The position numbers and the translations under genes are program-made. Positions 47,669 through 61,443 of a DNA stretch of 64,000 nucleotides are shown here, piece after piece. Each line of letters opens with the position of its first letter. The first letter of the stretch is position 1. The notes under the pieces are model-generated. The model saw nothing but the letters and a program-made list of their open reading frames with translations. It made no database searches and was not told the DNA's origin. Origin of the DNA: the human T2T-CHM13v2.0 reference genome, Homo sapiens; the NCBI RefSeq assembly GCF_009914755.1, contig NC_060936.1. One strand, written 5' to 3'.

Positions 47669-47687
47669 CGGCCAGCAGAGGGCAGAG
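47669..47687 (+). promoter_or_regulatory. CTCF motif (forward)
   Basis: CGGCCAGCAGAGGGCAGAG. Confidence 0.6.
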
Positions 47688-47982
47688 GTTGCTGTGGTGC
47701 AGGCTGGCAGGGCAGGAGCTGACCTTTCCGGAATGGAATGCTGCCTGAGCAGTCAGCTCCAGAAGGGAAGGGGGCGTTGGGCCACTTCCCTCACCCTCTC
47801 CAGTCCTCAGCTCCCCTGAGACAGGTCTCGGAGCCCTGGCCTCTCTTGTGGGGAAGGGGGCAGGTGAGGCTGGCTGACTGTGTGGACACTTGCCTGATCA
47901 CTTCAAGTCAAGCCACCTGGGCCAGGCTGATTCCAACCTGACTAGGGATAAGGTGAAAAGGGGAACGGCTCTCAAAGTTTAG

Positions 47983-48341
<359 letters not shown>

Positions 48342-50569
48342 GCTAAATTCTTTTATCATGTATCATCGCTTTAAAGCTTCACAACAAATCTACGAAGCAG
48401 ACAGACGCTGTTTACCTCCTGGAGGCTATCCAAGACCACACAGCTGGAACCAGGGTTTGCTCTACAGACCATGGTCTCAGCGACGATCACTGCTGCCTCC
48501 TGGGCAGGGACCACCCGAGGAACTGAGGTGGGTAGGCAGGCTAAACAGAATTTCATGGTATTGGCGTAGAAGGGATCTGCGGGGTCACTCAGTCTAACAT
48601 CTTTATTTACAGATGAAGGAAACTCCAGAAAGGGACGTGACTTGCCCCAGGTCCCACACAGCACAGGGCTGACCAGAACTGGGGGGACTTGGGCACAACA
48701 GGGAGCCCCAGGCCAGATCCTGGCTACCCCACATCAGTTCAGAGGCGCTTGAGGGCAAGGACCCCATTTCACCCTTTATTCCCTCCTTCTGCCCCACTGT
48801 GCCGACCACAGGGTGGAGCACAGAGTAGGTGCTCAAAATATCTTTGGCGATGGACCCACTTCTCATCCCTCTGCAGCTGCAGCCCCCGGCCACTTAGGCC
48901 TCTGTTCATGTAGCCAGCATTTAGTAAGTGCCAACTGCATTCTTGGCGCACTACCGGACACTGGGGGACACAGCTGAGTAAGATGCAGTCCCTGCACCAG
49001 TTGGCTTACACCTTGTGGGGGCTTCAGGGGTCACCCCACATTACAACGTGTGCTCCCAAGTTTTCCTCATTCTCAACTCAGGTTTCCCCTGCTCCTGTCT
49101 GGTAACTCACAGCCCCAGGCTGAAGGCTGAGCAAATCCCTTCCACTTCCCTCCCTTGGGCCGTTTCCACTCCCTTCCTCTTTGCTAGCCCCGTCACCCCT
49201 CCTTCCCAGCAGCCTCCTCCCCTCCTCCAGGAAGCCCTCTTTGACTAACTTCCCCAGCAGTTCTGCAGGCCCCAGTGCTGAGGTCTCGAGCTCTGCCCAG
49301 GCAGCTCTGGTTGTGTCTGTCTCTCTGCTTCTGTGTGGGTCTCCCTCATCATCTCTGGAGGACAAGGACAACTTTCCCCGCCCCTGTCCCAGCCCCCAGC
49401 TATTTTCCCTCAGGCCGGAACAGATGAGGAGAAGGAGCAGGAGGGGAGTGTGCAGTCAGCCTGCAGCACACAGGGCCTGCCTTGGGTTCTGGTCCTGGGT
49501 CTTTCTTGGAGGTTTCTCTAGAGCCACCAGGGCACTGACTTGCCAGTCCTGGCACAAGGCCTCTGAGCTCTCATCTAGGCTGAGCCTGGGGAGTTGGGCT
49601 GGGCACCACCTCTTGGGAGCCTGCTTGAACCCACCTACATTTTGTGTTTCAGTCTCTGCCTCACCAACTCTTAGGTTTGATCATTTTTTCTGCCCCTATG
49701 GCAGGCAGTCTGCAGGTAAGAAATCGTTCCAGGCAACCACAATGCTTCCTTTCGCCTGCCTGGTGACCAAAGTTACGGTGCTTGGCCACTCTGAGTCTCA
49801 GCTGATGACAGGAGAAAGAGCCAAACCTGTACAGGGGCTTATTGTTGTAGCCAGAGGAAGGCTGGCACAGTTGGCCAGGGGTTCACTGAACAACTCAGGA
49901 GGACAGGAGTGGGGAGGAGGAGAGAGGAGGTAGTTCTGTATGAGAAGGGGGATCAGACTCTGCACCTTTCAGAAACGGTTTAGGATTTGCTAGCTTGAAA
50001 GGGGCAGGAGCACTTCCTCGTTTGGGTAGGGAAGCCCTTGTTTCCTCCCATCTGTTCATTCATCCTGCACACACTCACTCTGTTCCTTCAATGTCCAGGC
50101 ATTGCACCAGCACCTGGGACCCAAAGGTCAAGAAGACATGTCCTCACCTTTGTAGGACTTTTAGGCTAGAGATCTTGGCTGGGGAGGGACATTGCTCATT
50201 CATCCTTTCATTCATTTTGCATTTATTGAACACCTACTATGTGGCAGGCACTGTGTAAGGCCTTGGGAAGGCAGTAGGACATGATCTCTGCCCTCAAGGA
50301 GTTTAGAGTCTTCTGGGGATAAAAGTCACAAAAGCAGGTGACTGAAGCACTGCTTAAGTACAGGAGTGGGGAGTCAAGGATACAGAGAGAAATGTTGGAT
50401 GGATTTAATGTCCCCCTTAGTATCCAGAGCAGGGCCAGTCACAGGCTAAGTATGTGTTCAATAAGTGTTTGTGAAATGAAGGACCCATGTGTGGGTCATA
50501 AGTTTCTAAAAACTTATGAGTCAAAGAATCAAGTCGTTGTAACTATACAATAAAAATTCTACAAATGAA

Positions 50570-51145
50570 AATGACTGGAAGCAGTCAAATGATACTTAGA
50601 GGAAAATTTATGGTCTTCAAAGCATCTTATATTAAAAAAGATGATAGAAAATTCAAGCATTTAACTCAAGAAGCTGAAAAACAATAAAAATAATAAACTC
50701 AAAGAAAATAGGAAGGAAATAACAAATACGTCATTTAATTCTTTTATTTTTTCTTTTTTAAAATTTTTTTGAGATGGGGTCTTACTCTGTTGCCCAGGCT
50801 GGAGTGCAGTGGGTGTGATCATAGCCCACTGCAGCCTCCAACCCCTGGGCTCAAGCGATCCTTTGCCTCAGCCTCCCAAGTAGCTAGGACTACAGGTGCT
50901 TGCCACCATACCTGGCTAATTTTTTTTTTTTTTCATAGAGACAGGGTCTTGTTATGTTGACCAGGTGGTCTCGAACTCCTGGGCTTAAGCAATCTTTCTA
51001 CCTCGGCCTCCCAAAGTGCTGGGATTTCAGGTATAGCCATCACCTGGCCTCATGAAATTCTTGACTATGAAATTCATATTCATATTCAGAAATTCAAACT
51101 CTGACTCAGAAATTAATAAAACAGAAAACAGAGATAAAATGAGAG
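50570..51145 (+). mobile_element. Old L1 ORF2 remnant interrupted by an antisense AluJ (50764-51049)
   Basis: ACTTAGAGGAAAATTTATGG..AAGAAGCTGAAAAA..GAAGGAAATAACAAA..CAGAAATTAATAAAACAGAAAACAGA. Confidence 0.6.
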
Positions 51146-52227
51146 AGCTGGTCTCAGCTCTAGGCCTCTCTTGGACGGGTATGTGGCTTATCAGTCTCTT
51201 CAGAGTTTTGAGAGTGGAGCCTGCCCTTCAGGGTCTTCAGGAGAATGGATAAACTCAAGCCTCTGAACTTTAGCCCAGGGGCCTGGCTGTGCTGTGCTCT
51301 TAGCCAGCACGAGGTCTATTTGCTTGCATTTGAGTCTCCTGATTAGTTGGTCACCTTTAATCCTTAATGTCTGCTGTAATAATCACACCATCACTAATAA
51401 TCCTTTACAATTGTTGAGCTATTATAGTTCAGAGTGCCGGAAGCAAGAGATGTGGCTTTCCTGAAATGAATAAACATAGCCACCTTATCAAATGCCCAAG
51501 CACCCCGTGAGTTAAGTAGGGAAGAGGTGTGCCCCATTTTACAGATGAGGAAAGTGATGCTCTATTTGCCTAAAGTCTCCTTGCTGGTGAGTGGGTGGGC
51601 CAGGACACAAATGCTGCCACGTCCCTTCCCGCTATTCCTTTCCTTTGAGACACCTGTTCCTGCTTTGGTCTGTCTCCTAACTGAGATCCTTTGTGTTCAC
51701 TTAAAGTCCCCCTTCTTCTAAGCAGCCTGTTCTGATTCCCTCCACAAGCCCTTCTCTTCCCTGACCTTTATAGCACCCACTTCTGCACGTGGTGACGAAG
51801 TCCAGGGTGGCTACCTTGGGTGGATATCTCATCTCTCAGCCTGACTGTGAACTACTTGCGATTGAGGGGTGGACCCCTGTCTTGGAGGAGTCTTAGCACA
51901 AGGCTGGGCTTGGAGAAGGTCCTCAATCCTTATGCATTGACTTGGGATTTGATTTGGCAGGATTGGGCCCGTACGCATCAGAATACATTCTGGGCTGTGT
52001 CAATTCCCAGTAGGGCAGAAGTGCTTAAGAAGAAACCCTGCCACCACTGGGGAATCCCCAGCATGTGTGCTGGCTAAAGCAGCCTGTGTGGTGCCTGGAT
52101 ATGTCAGGAGGCGCTGGGAACATAGGTCAACGTTGGTGCAGTCTCAGTGCAGCACAGTGTATTAGTCAGCCCAGGGGCCTGGCTGTGCTTATAGTGTGTT
52201 CTTAAACACACTATAAAGAAATCCCCT

Positions 52228-52672
<445 letters not shown>

Positions 52673-53132
52673 TCAGGAAGCTTACAGTAAAGGCGGAAGG
52701 TGAAGGGGGAGCAGGCATATCACATGGCGAGAAAGAGGGGAGAGGTCTCAGACTCTTTTAAACAACCATATCTATGTGAATTGAGTGAGAACTCACTCAT
52801 CACCAAGGAGATGGTGCTGAGCCATTCATGAAGGATCCTCTCTCATGATCCAAATACTTCCCACCAGGCTCCACTTCCAACACTGGGAATTACATTTCAA
52901 CATGAGATTTGGAGGGGACGAGCATCCAAACCATATCAGATGGTGAGACAGGAGAACTTTGTGTGTCCCAGCTGCACTGGTCTGAAGATATAACTAAGTC
53001 CCTGGACTTTTTCTCCCTTAATTGGAGAATTCCTAATGTTCCATGATCAGCCTGATTGACCAGTGGCTGACTGGTCCTGAGAGGGGAGATAAAAACAGAC
53101 ACACAGCTTTCTCCATAGACAAATCTCAACAC

Positions 53133-53138
53133 TTTATT
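53133..53138 (-). terminator. KRT80: Candidate proximal KRT80 poly(A) signal AATAAA
   Basis: AATAAA followed on minus by GU/U-rich GCTGTGTGTCTGTTTTT. Confidence 0.55.
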
Positions 53139-54982
53139 CATCCTGTGGCAGCAAGAAGGGGACATGGCCCCAAGATAGCCAATCAGGTGAGGTGGCTGGA
53201 GTATGTGTTATCTTTCCAGATAGTACATACAGACTGATCATGCAGAAACAGGAAGGGAAGCAATAAGTTAAAAGCCACATAAGTTATGAAAAAATAATAT
53301 ATACTTTATATGTCTTGTATCCCCACTGAGGATTTGCTCCCTTGGAAACCAATGAAGAGCCTGAGGAAAAGCACCAATCAGCACCCTCTTTTGGGACTTT
53401 GGGGATGAGAATCTCTGAGTTCCCATGGCCAGAGAGTCAGTAACCCTCCAGTGCTCCCCACAGGCCTGGAGGGCCTTGAGGCCTGGGATGGGCCCAGACC
53501 TCTGGCCAACATGTCCTGGCAAATGAGATGAATGAATCTAATGCAGTCTAGAAGAGGAGGTGAGGCAAGGGGCAGGGAGGGGAGAGGAGAGTGAAGGAGG
53601 GAAGGAAGCTGTGCAGTGGGAGGCTGGTGCCGCTGGGATGCCTCTGCAAGCCTCAGCATTGAGAGCCAAGAGGAGGAGATAGGAGTATGCCTGCCAACAC
53701 CCCTGTCTTCTGGTGGGATGTGGAATTTTCCTCTCTGGTAGAACCCTTGTAAGGCTGTCATTTGGGCCCCACAGCTGGACCTCAAGGGCTTGGAAGCTCC
53801 CAGACTTGCCTGGACTGTGCCTTCTTCCTGGCCTGCTGGAGGCAGGGGGAGTGGGCATGGAGGGAGGAAGGGGAAGGAGTGAGAAGAAAGGAGGAGCTCT
53901 AACCCCATAGGTGTGGGGGGTTCCTGGGCTCCCCCATGAATGCCAAGGAGGGGAGGGCCAGGCTATTTGGCCCAGTGGAGAGGAGAACAGAGGCCCTGAG
54001 AAGTGAGATTCTTGGGAAGTGGGCCTGGGGCTTCACGGCAGGGGTGGGACCAGGGGTCTCCAAGGCCTGGTGCACCAAAGCCTGGTGCTCAGGCTGGGAA
54101 CAACCCGGCTGGGGGCACAGAGCTCAGATCCAGGCTGGGTAGGACCCCAGCATGGCAGGGAGGTGAAAGGAAGATCGAATGCTCCTGCCCAATCTCAAGC
54201 TGCCATCTGGCTTCCACTCCCAGGGAGTTGATTATGGCAAGAGCAGCTTCCGGAGAAGCTGCTGGGAGCTGGCTGGGGGCAGCCCATCCAGTTCTGACTA
54301 CTGCCTACTGGGAGGGACCCATGGGAGGAGGAAGGGATGCGGGTGTTCGGGCTGATCTCTGGGGCCTAGGCTTAGGTCCCAAATAGCCAGGGCCCCTCCT
54401 CCCTTCACTCCCTAATACTGTCAGGTCTCTGGGGAGCCCAAAGAGCACGGGAAAGCCAAGAGGGTCTTCAGCAGCCAGCCTTCCCAGGAATTCCAGATAC
54501 AGGACAGGGCCCACGCCGTCCTCCTCGGCTCCCGCACATAGGTGGATGAGCCAGTCCCAGTCCCAGTTCCGAGGCAGAGACAAGGCAAGGCTTGAGATAG
54601 GAGTCAAGGTCAAGGATTGGGCAAGAGTCAGAGGGGCCTTGGCAGAGCCTGATGCTGGAGGAGGAGCCTCAGAGGAGCGAGGAGGTGGAGACAAAACTGA
54701 CCCCTAATTCCGACTCACCCATCAGGAAAACCTCTGGCCAGAAGGTTGGAAGGATGGGACTGTGAGATACTGATATGGAGCGGAGTGGCTCTGAGGAGCT
54801 GGTGATGCTCCTCTCCCACCCTGGCAGCCCACAAAACACAGTCAGTTTTGAACCCCTCTCTCAGTTCAATATCAGGTTTTGCCTCTCTTCTCAACCTAGA
54901 GGCTCCAAGCTGCTTTCTTGAGTCTAGCTTAAGTCCCTCCTGCTGCAGTGGAGTGCCCTGGGGTTCCTGGGGTCCAGCCGCC

Positions 54983-55107
54983 TTACTCTGAGACCTCCGA
55001 CTCCTGCGAGAAGTACTTCTCTGACATTTCGGTGATTTTGATCACGGGGCCTTTGCTGCCCTTCTTCTTTCGGGAGGGGGCCTTGGAGAGGCCTGATCTG
55101 GAGGCAG
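54983..55107 (-). CDS. KRT80: Keratin 80 exon 9 (coding part, tail)
   Basis: Acceptor tgtag|CTGCCTCC; encodes (A)ASRSGLSKAPSRKKKGSKGPVIKITEMSEKYFSQESEVSE*. Confidence 0.95.
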
Positions 55108-55142
55108 CTACAGGGAACATAATGGGTAGGGGAGGGAAGGGG
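55108..55142 (-). CDS. KRT80: Alternative 5' extension of exon 9 (short isoform K80.1 tail)
   Basis: Acceptor ctccag|CCCCTTCC at 55142; reads APSLPYPLCSL* with the TAG being the canonical acceptor; matches the recalled short K80 isoform C-terminus. Confidence 0.8.
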
Positions 55143-55242
55143 CTGGAGGTTTGGGAGCCACTTAAAATGATGCCTTTAGGATCATGATCCCCTACACCCT
55201 CACCCTCACCCCACCATGGGTTCTCGGGGCAAGAGGACTCAC

Positions 55243-55298
55243 CGGTTTTGCACCTGGACTGCACAGCGCTGACCACAGTGGCTGAGGGCGAGTCCATC
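55243..55298 (-). CDS. KRT80: Keratin 80 exon 8 (56 nt)
   Basis: ccccag|GATGGACTCG...AAAACCG|gtgagt; (R)MDSPSATVVSAVQSRCKT. Confidence 0.95.
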
Positions 55299-55782
55299 CT
55301 GGGGGTGGGGGACGGGGGGGTGGGAGAGGGATATGATGGGATGCGAAGAGAGCCTGTGGCTTAAACTCCCCTGGGGGCTGGCAAGTGGAGGGTAGTTCTT
55401 GGTGGTCACTCCCAGCCCTGGGGTTGCCCTGTTGTGTGGCCCTGGCTAGCCAGCTTGTCCTTCCTGGGCCTCTGTCCCATCTCCATGGCATAAATGGCTA
55501 ATAGCATTGAGCACTGAGTTTTGACAGGCATTTGCAGGCATAATCACATGAATCATCCCTGCCACAGGTGAACCATGTTTATGATCAGCCCACTTTCCAG
55601 ATGGGGAAACAGGATGAAATGAACTGGGCCAAGGTCCCAGTTTGTAAGTGACTAAGCCAAGACTTAAACCCAGGCCTGGTAGGCTCACTGTATCATATTG
55701 GAAAGGAGAACTGACTTTGTGTAGGCCTGGGCCTCCAGCCCTCCTTCCCCTGCAGCCCTTCCTCACCAGCCCTGGCTCTCAC

Positions 55783-56003
55783 CTGCCCTCCTCGCCCTCC
55801 ACCAGCTTCCTGTAGGTGGCGATCTCGATGTCCAGGGCCAGCTTGACATTCATCAGCTCCTGGTACTTGCGCAGCTGCCGCGCCATGTCCTGCTTGGCCT
55901 GCTGCAGGGCGGCCTCCAGCTGGGCCAGCTTGGTCTTGGCATCCTGGAAGGCCAGCTCACCCTGCTCCTCAGCTGTCTTGATGTTCTCCTCCAGTTTCAG
56001 GCA
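55783..56003 (-). CDS. KRT80: Keratin 80 exon 7 (221 nt, coil 2B and helix termination motif)
   Basis: ctgcag|TGCCTG...GGCAG|gtgaga; CLKLEENI...[19 protein letters not shown]; 221 nt is the conserved type II keratin size. Confidence 0.97.
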
Positions 56004-56622
56004 CTGCAGCCAGGAGGACAGAGTGAAAGGGCCTGTGAGCAGGGGAAGGAGGAGCGGGCCAGGGCCAGGAGTCGTCTCTGTCCTTGGTGGGGGTAGGTGT
56101 GGGGAGGGAGGGCTGAGCAATGGCATTTCTGGGTGTGGTAACTGGTTGCCATGCAGCAAGAGGGAGTTCAGTTAGACCTGAAGAGGCACCTTCCCAAGGC
56201 CAGAGGAAAGCACCGCAAGCCACTAAAGGAGCCTGTCCCGGCTGTCCTTATGGGGCAGCACCTGCCCTGAAGGTTTGTCCTGGCTGGAAGCTGGGACTTA
56301 GGCCTCTACTCCCTCCTCTCTGTGTAGTTGGTGGGGGTTCCCAGGAGGGAGGCAGTGGGCTCTGGGTGTGTGTAGTGTGGGGGCTTTCTAACGTTCCAGC
56401 AGCCTTGACCAGATTACAGAGTATTTTTGTATGCAGAGCGCCTCATAACTCCTTTAGGAGGCTGTGCTATTATCCCATTTGACAGATTAGGAAACTGAGG
56501 CACAGAGGCGCTAAGCGACCCACACAGGGTCACTCAGTCATGTCTTGCCTGTATTCAGCACACATGACTGTGTGTCTCCCTGCTCTCCTCCCCGCCCCCA
56601 GGCGCGTCCCCCAGATACTCAC

Positions 56623-56748
56623 ATGGCTCTTGACAGAGAGGATCTGGGACCGCAGCTTCTGGATGCGCACATTGAGATCCGCGATCTCGCTGCGGCTGCT
56701 CTGGAGGCTGCTCCCATACTCGGCCGAGCGGGCGGCCTGCTCCTCCAG
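56623..56748 (-). CDS. KRT80: Keratin 80 exon 6 (126 nt)
   Basis: ctccag|CTGGAG...AGCCAT|gtgagt; LEEQAARSAEYGSSLQSSRSEIADLNVRIQKLRSQILSVKSH. Confidence 0.97.
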
Positions 56749-57185
56749 CTGGAGGTACATGGAGGTCTCAGTGAGGGGCAGCTCAGTGCCGCTCCCAGCA
56801 CTTGTTACCCGCCTCTGCTTTTTCTTGCATCCTCCAGTCCCATCTCCAACTCTGCAGCCCACCACGCCACGCCAGGCTCCCTCAGCTCCCGCTTCCACCT
56901 CCCTTTCTGGGTGGCCTCCTCCTGGCTGCCCTAGCTGAGCCCCATGGGCCATGCCCACATCTGGCCTAGCATTGCTGATAACAGCACCACCTTGAACTCC
57001 TGGAGGGCACAGACCAGCTTCTGTGGTCTCCCCCCGCCCGCCCCGTCCCTGTGCTTCTCCATTCCTCTCTCATAGACTTTCAGGACAGAGAGCTGCAGGC
57101 AACCTCAGCCATCACCAGTCCAGCCCTTCCTGCCACCCAGAGAACTGTCCAGGCTGCTTCTCGTGCCCTGTGTGGTCAGCCCCAC

Positions 57186-57350
57186 CTGGCTCCGAGAGTA
57201 TGCCTCGGCCTCCTCCAGGCTGCGAGCCGCGACGGCGTCATACTGGGCCTTCACCTCCTCCACGATGCCGCTCAGGTCGATGTGGCAGCGGCTGTCCATG
57301 CCGACGGTCACCGACACATCCTTCACCTGTGCTGCCAGGTCCTTCAGCTC
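57186..57350 (-). CDS. KRT80: Keratin 80 exon 5 (165 nt, linker L12 / coil 2A)
   Basis: ggtcag|GAGCTG...AGCCAG|gtgggg; ELKDLAAQVKDVSVTVGMDSRCHIDLSGIVEEVKAQYDAVAARSLEEAEAYSRSQ. Confidence 0.97.
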
Positions 57351-58619
57351 CTGACCGGGCACAGATGTGGGGGCTCAGGGCTGGTGGGGAGGGCACAAGG
57401 ACCCTCAGCCCCACACAGTCACTTTGTCCCCGGGGTGAGCGGAGAGTGGAGCTGCTCCCTTCCTGTCCCTCTGGAGAGATGATGGAAGGCCGAATGCCTC
57501 CCTGCCACGTCTCCCCAGCCAGGACTCTCGGAAGGCAGCTCACTGCCCACTGCTCACCCACCCACAGTCCCCCTATCTGAGTGGAGGGCAGGCTGGGACT
57601 GTTGGTTTTAAAGGCTACCTGCAAGCTTCCCCACTGCCTGCACTGTTGCCCTCTCCTGGGAGGGATGGCCTACTCCTGGCTGATGGGAAAGGGCCAGAGA
57701 AGTCAGGCTCTGGGGCTGTGAGTTGGGCCCCTCTGTTTACTGTTTCATTATTCCTGTGCTGTGGGGTACAGCTCTGCCTCTCCCACTGGACGAGCAGCTC
57801 CTTGTGGGCCTGGCAGAGCTGTGTTCATCTCTGAGCCCCCACGTCTGGGAAAGGAGTGCCTCAGTTCATTTGGTAAATGTTGGGAGGGAAGCCAGGGAGT
57901 GACCAGGGTGGAGTGGGCTGGAGGCTGACAAACCTGTACTCCCCTCTCCCGGCCCCACTGAAAGCCAACAGCCTGTGAGGAGCCTGGGCGCAGCCTCCAG
58001 CACTCTGACTTCAGGGTCCCCCTGGAGACTCAGCGCCCACTCCCTCTCTAGCCAAGGGACATTGCCTGGACGACCACAATATTTTCACCGTCTCCTATCC
58101 CTGGAGACTTCTGGAAATGGTAAAACCCACCATTCCCTGAGGAATTCCCTGCAGGCTGGACTGTGCGCTGAGCGTTTTCCACACATCCTCACCAGGCTGG
58201 CACTGCTGCAGCCCCAGAGGAGGAAACTGAGGCATAAAGATGTTGTGGAGACAGCGGTGAGTGGCAGGGTGGGCCCCAGAGCCCCTGTTGCTGCTGCTGT
58301 GATGCTCCCTTAGCGGATGGAGACAAGGGGCTGACACCTTCTTCATTGTCTTTCTGGCCCCAGACCAGCTTTCTTTCCTGCTCACAGCCTCGCACCTTTC
58401 TAGCCAGAATGCTCAGGGGTGTGTAGGGAGGCAGGTGGGACCAGGGATCTCTAGAGGTTGCAAAGGGCCCTGGGCTGCTTATCCTGGAGATGCTGAAAAG
58501 GGTAGGGCCTCCTGTGGGAAGGAGGAGCAAGGCGAGTCGACTGAGAATTGCACCGAGTGAGTTGGTGGCAGGGAGGGGGCCAGGCAGGAGGTGGGTGTTG
58601 GGTGCAGACACATCATGCT

Positions 58620-58990
58620 CCTTCTGGCATTCAGAGTCCACCCTGACCCCTATTTCAATCATCAAATTTCAGTCTGCATTCCCATTTTGCTGACCGCCTC
58701 ATCATTTTTTAAATGTGTTTGTCTGAATCAGGATCCAAACAAGGCCAGTATACTGCAGTTGGTCCATATGTCTGTAGGTCTCCTGTAATCTCCATTTCTC
58801 TCTTTTTTGTTCTTTGCCATTGTTCTTATTGAACACACTGGCTGTCTGCCTTGCAGAGTCCCCACAGCTGGGTTTGATTGTTGTACCCTGTGCCAATGTT
58901 CAACGTGCTTCTTCCAGCCTCAATATTTTCTGAAAACTGGCCGGTGCACCCGGATGCCTGCTGGGATCCAGGCTCAGCTTTTTAGTTCCT
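58620..58990. mobile_element. Old L1M 3' remnant
   Basis: GAATCAGGATCCAAACAAGG..TGCAGTTGGT..ATGTCT..GTCTC; degenerate. Confidence 0.45.
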
Positions 58991-60027
58991 GACTGTGTTC
59001 TGATCCTGGTTCCTGACTCTGGGCGCCCTCCTGATCCTCTGTCTCTCTTTCTGCTTGGAGAGTTTGTGCTGAGGCCTCTGGTTTCTGTCTCAGGCGGAGG
59101 CTGGACTTCTGAGCTGTAGACGACAGGGATGAGGGGCCAGCTAGGGCCCTGTGGGCAGCCTGTCCGGGAACTGACTCTGCCCACCAGCACCTCCTGGTGA
59201 CAAGGATGGTGCGGTAGTGGCGGGCATTCGGAAGCCCCTCTGGGGGACAGCCTGTCTCTGCCCTGGAGCTGGCAGGACCCTGAACTCAGTGGCCAGCTGC
59301 CCTTGGGTGTCTCCTGCTGGGGGTTTTGGTTGATCTTCAAATGAAAATAGAATCTCTGGGCAAAAGCAGGCTGATGGCCCAACCCGTGTCAGAATAAGAT
59401 TGATTGTTACCACAGCCCCACCTCTGCTGCCCCAGTCACTAGCCGACATTTCCCATGTGGCACCAGCACCCTGGCTGGGGCTTGGCTGGGGACAGTTTCA
59501 GAGCTGCAGCTTTGAGGCTGTTTTGGTTGACACATTGTGGGCATCGGTGGGTGTGGGGGGCCTCAGAGCCCTCCAGTGTGCTTCTACAGGAGGGCCTAAC
59601 TTGGCATTCGTTATGGCCCCAGGAAAGGCCGGCGCACTGTGAGGACGCACTATAGCAGGACTTCCCAGTCAGGGTGAAAAGACTGGCCAGACATTTTCTG
59701 GAAAGAGGCAGGCTAAGCAGGAGCTTGGTAAACAAAAGCAGGAAATGGAGCGTTCAGAACATCCACAGACGTGTTCAGACATGCAGGCCCCTGCCGGGCT
59801 GCAGAGAGTATGACAATTCGGGCTTGTGTGGTGTGGAGGTACCCAATGGGATGGGACCCCTGGAGAGCACGTGAGCCTCCAAATGGTTAAGAATTAAGCC
59901 GAAGTACAGTTTAGGGTTTCCCTTAGGAGGCTGCTGTGCGTGTGAGCACCCTCACTGTGTTCCCCACGTCAGGGTAGAGTGTGACTGTTATGGGGTAACA
60001 GTGTTGGAGAGTAAAATATAGCGCTAA

Positions 60028-60800
<773 letters not shown>

Positions 60801-61222
60801 TTAAGGATTCTCTATTATGGTAATTGGTAACAGTGATAAAGCTGGGACAAAGTGTTCAGGGGCAGAGCAGCCTATTCTCGGGGCAGCCTCCATGCAAAAG
60901 TTTAGGCAGCACTGGCTTTTCTCTGCAGGGATGGACCTCCCTCGAGGTGTGCCTGGCTGCAGGGGGTTGTCAGCAGATTCCACAGCTAATTTCCCTGGAG
61001 CCAGAGTGTAGGGGTCAGGTAGGTGGCATTCCGACTGGATGCAGCCAGGCCCCAAACACACTTGGGAGCTGGACTGTGTCTCAGAAACTGTGGGGGAACC
61101 TTCCAGCCTGTGCCCCCAGGGGAGAGAGGCAGAGGGTTTGCAGTAGATGAGGCCTGAGCAGATCATGGCCATGAGCTCCTACTCAGTTGGCTTGGAAGGG
61201 CTTTTCAGAATGTATCTTGGCT

Positions 61223-61272
61223 GTGTGTGTGTGTGTGTGTGTGTGTGCATGTGTGTGTATGTACACACACAC
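61223..61272. repeat. (TG)n followed by (CA)n
   Basis: Direct inspection. Confidence 0.85.
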
Positions 61273-61443
61273 ATGTTTTGGAGAGACGAGAGGGCTGTTT
61301 TCTGGGACACAGGGGTAGGCCTATATTTCTGATCTGGTGTCTGCTCCAAAGCTGAAACTAGAGTATCAGGGCCTCCTGGGCCACTCGTGTTCTGCCAGGT
61401 TTTTCTTCCACCTGAGGCAGGTGTGGCTGGCACAGTCTTTACT

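Noticed and set aside
49030-49039. SREBP-type element GTCACCCCAC
   Set aside because: A single short motif with similar matches elsewhere (e.g. ~32450, ~55205); cannot be distinguished from chance without ChIP data.
49181-49933. Longest non-TE ORF (250 aa)
   Set aside because: Non-ATG start, low-complexity Ser/Pro/Leu composition, no recognisable domain or splice structure; expected by chance in GC-rich DNA.
55108-55122. CaaX prenylation signal in the short isoform (…PLCSL*)
   Set aside because: The Cys is third from the end, not fourth.
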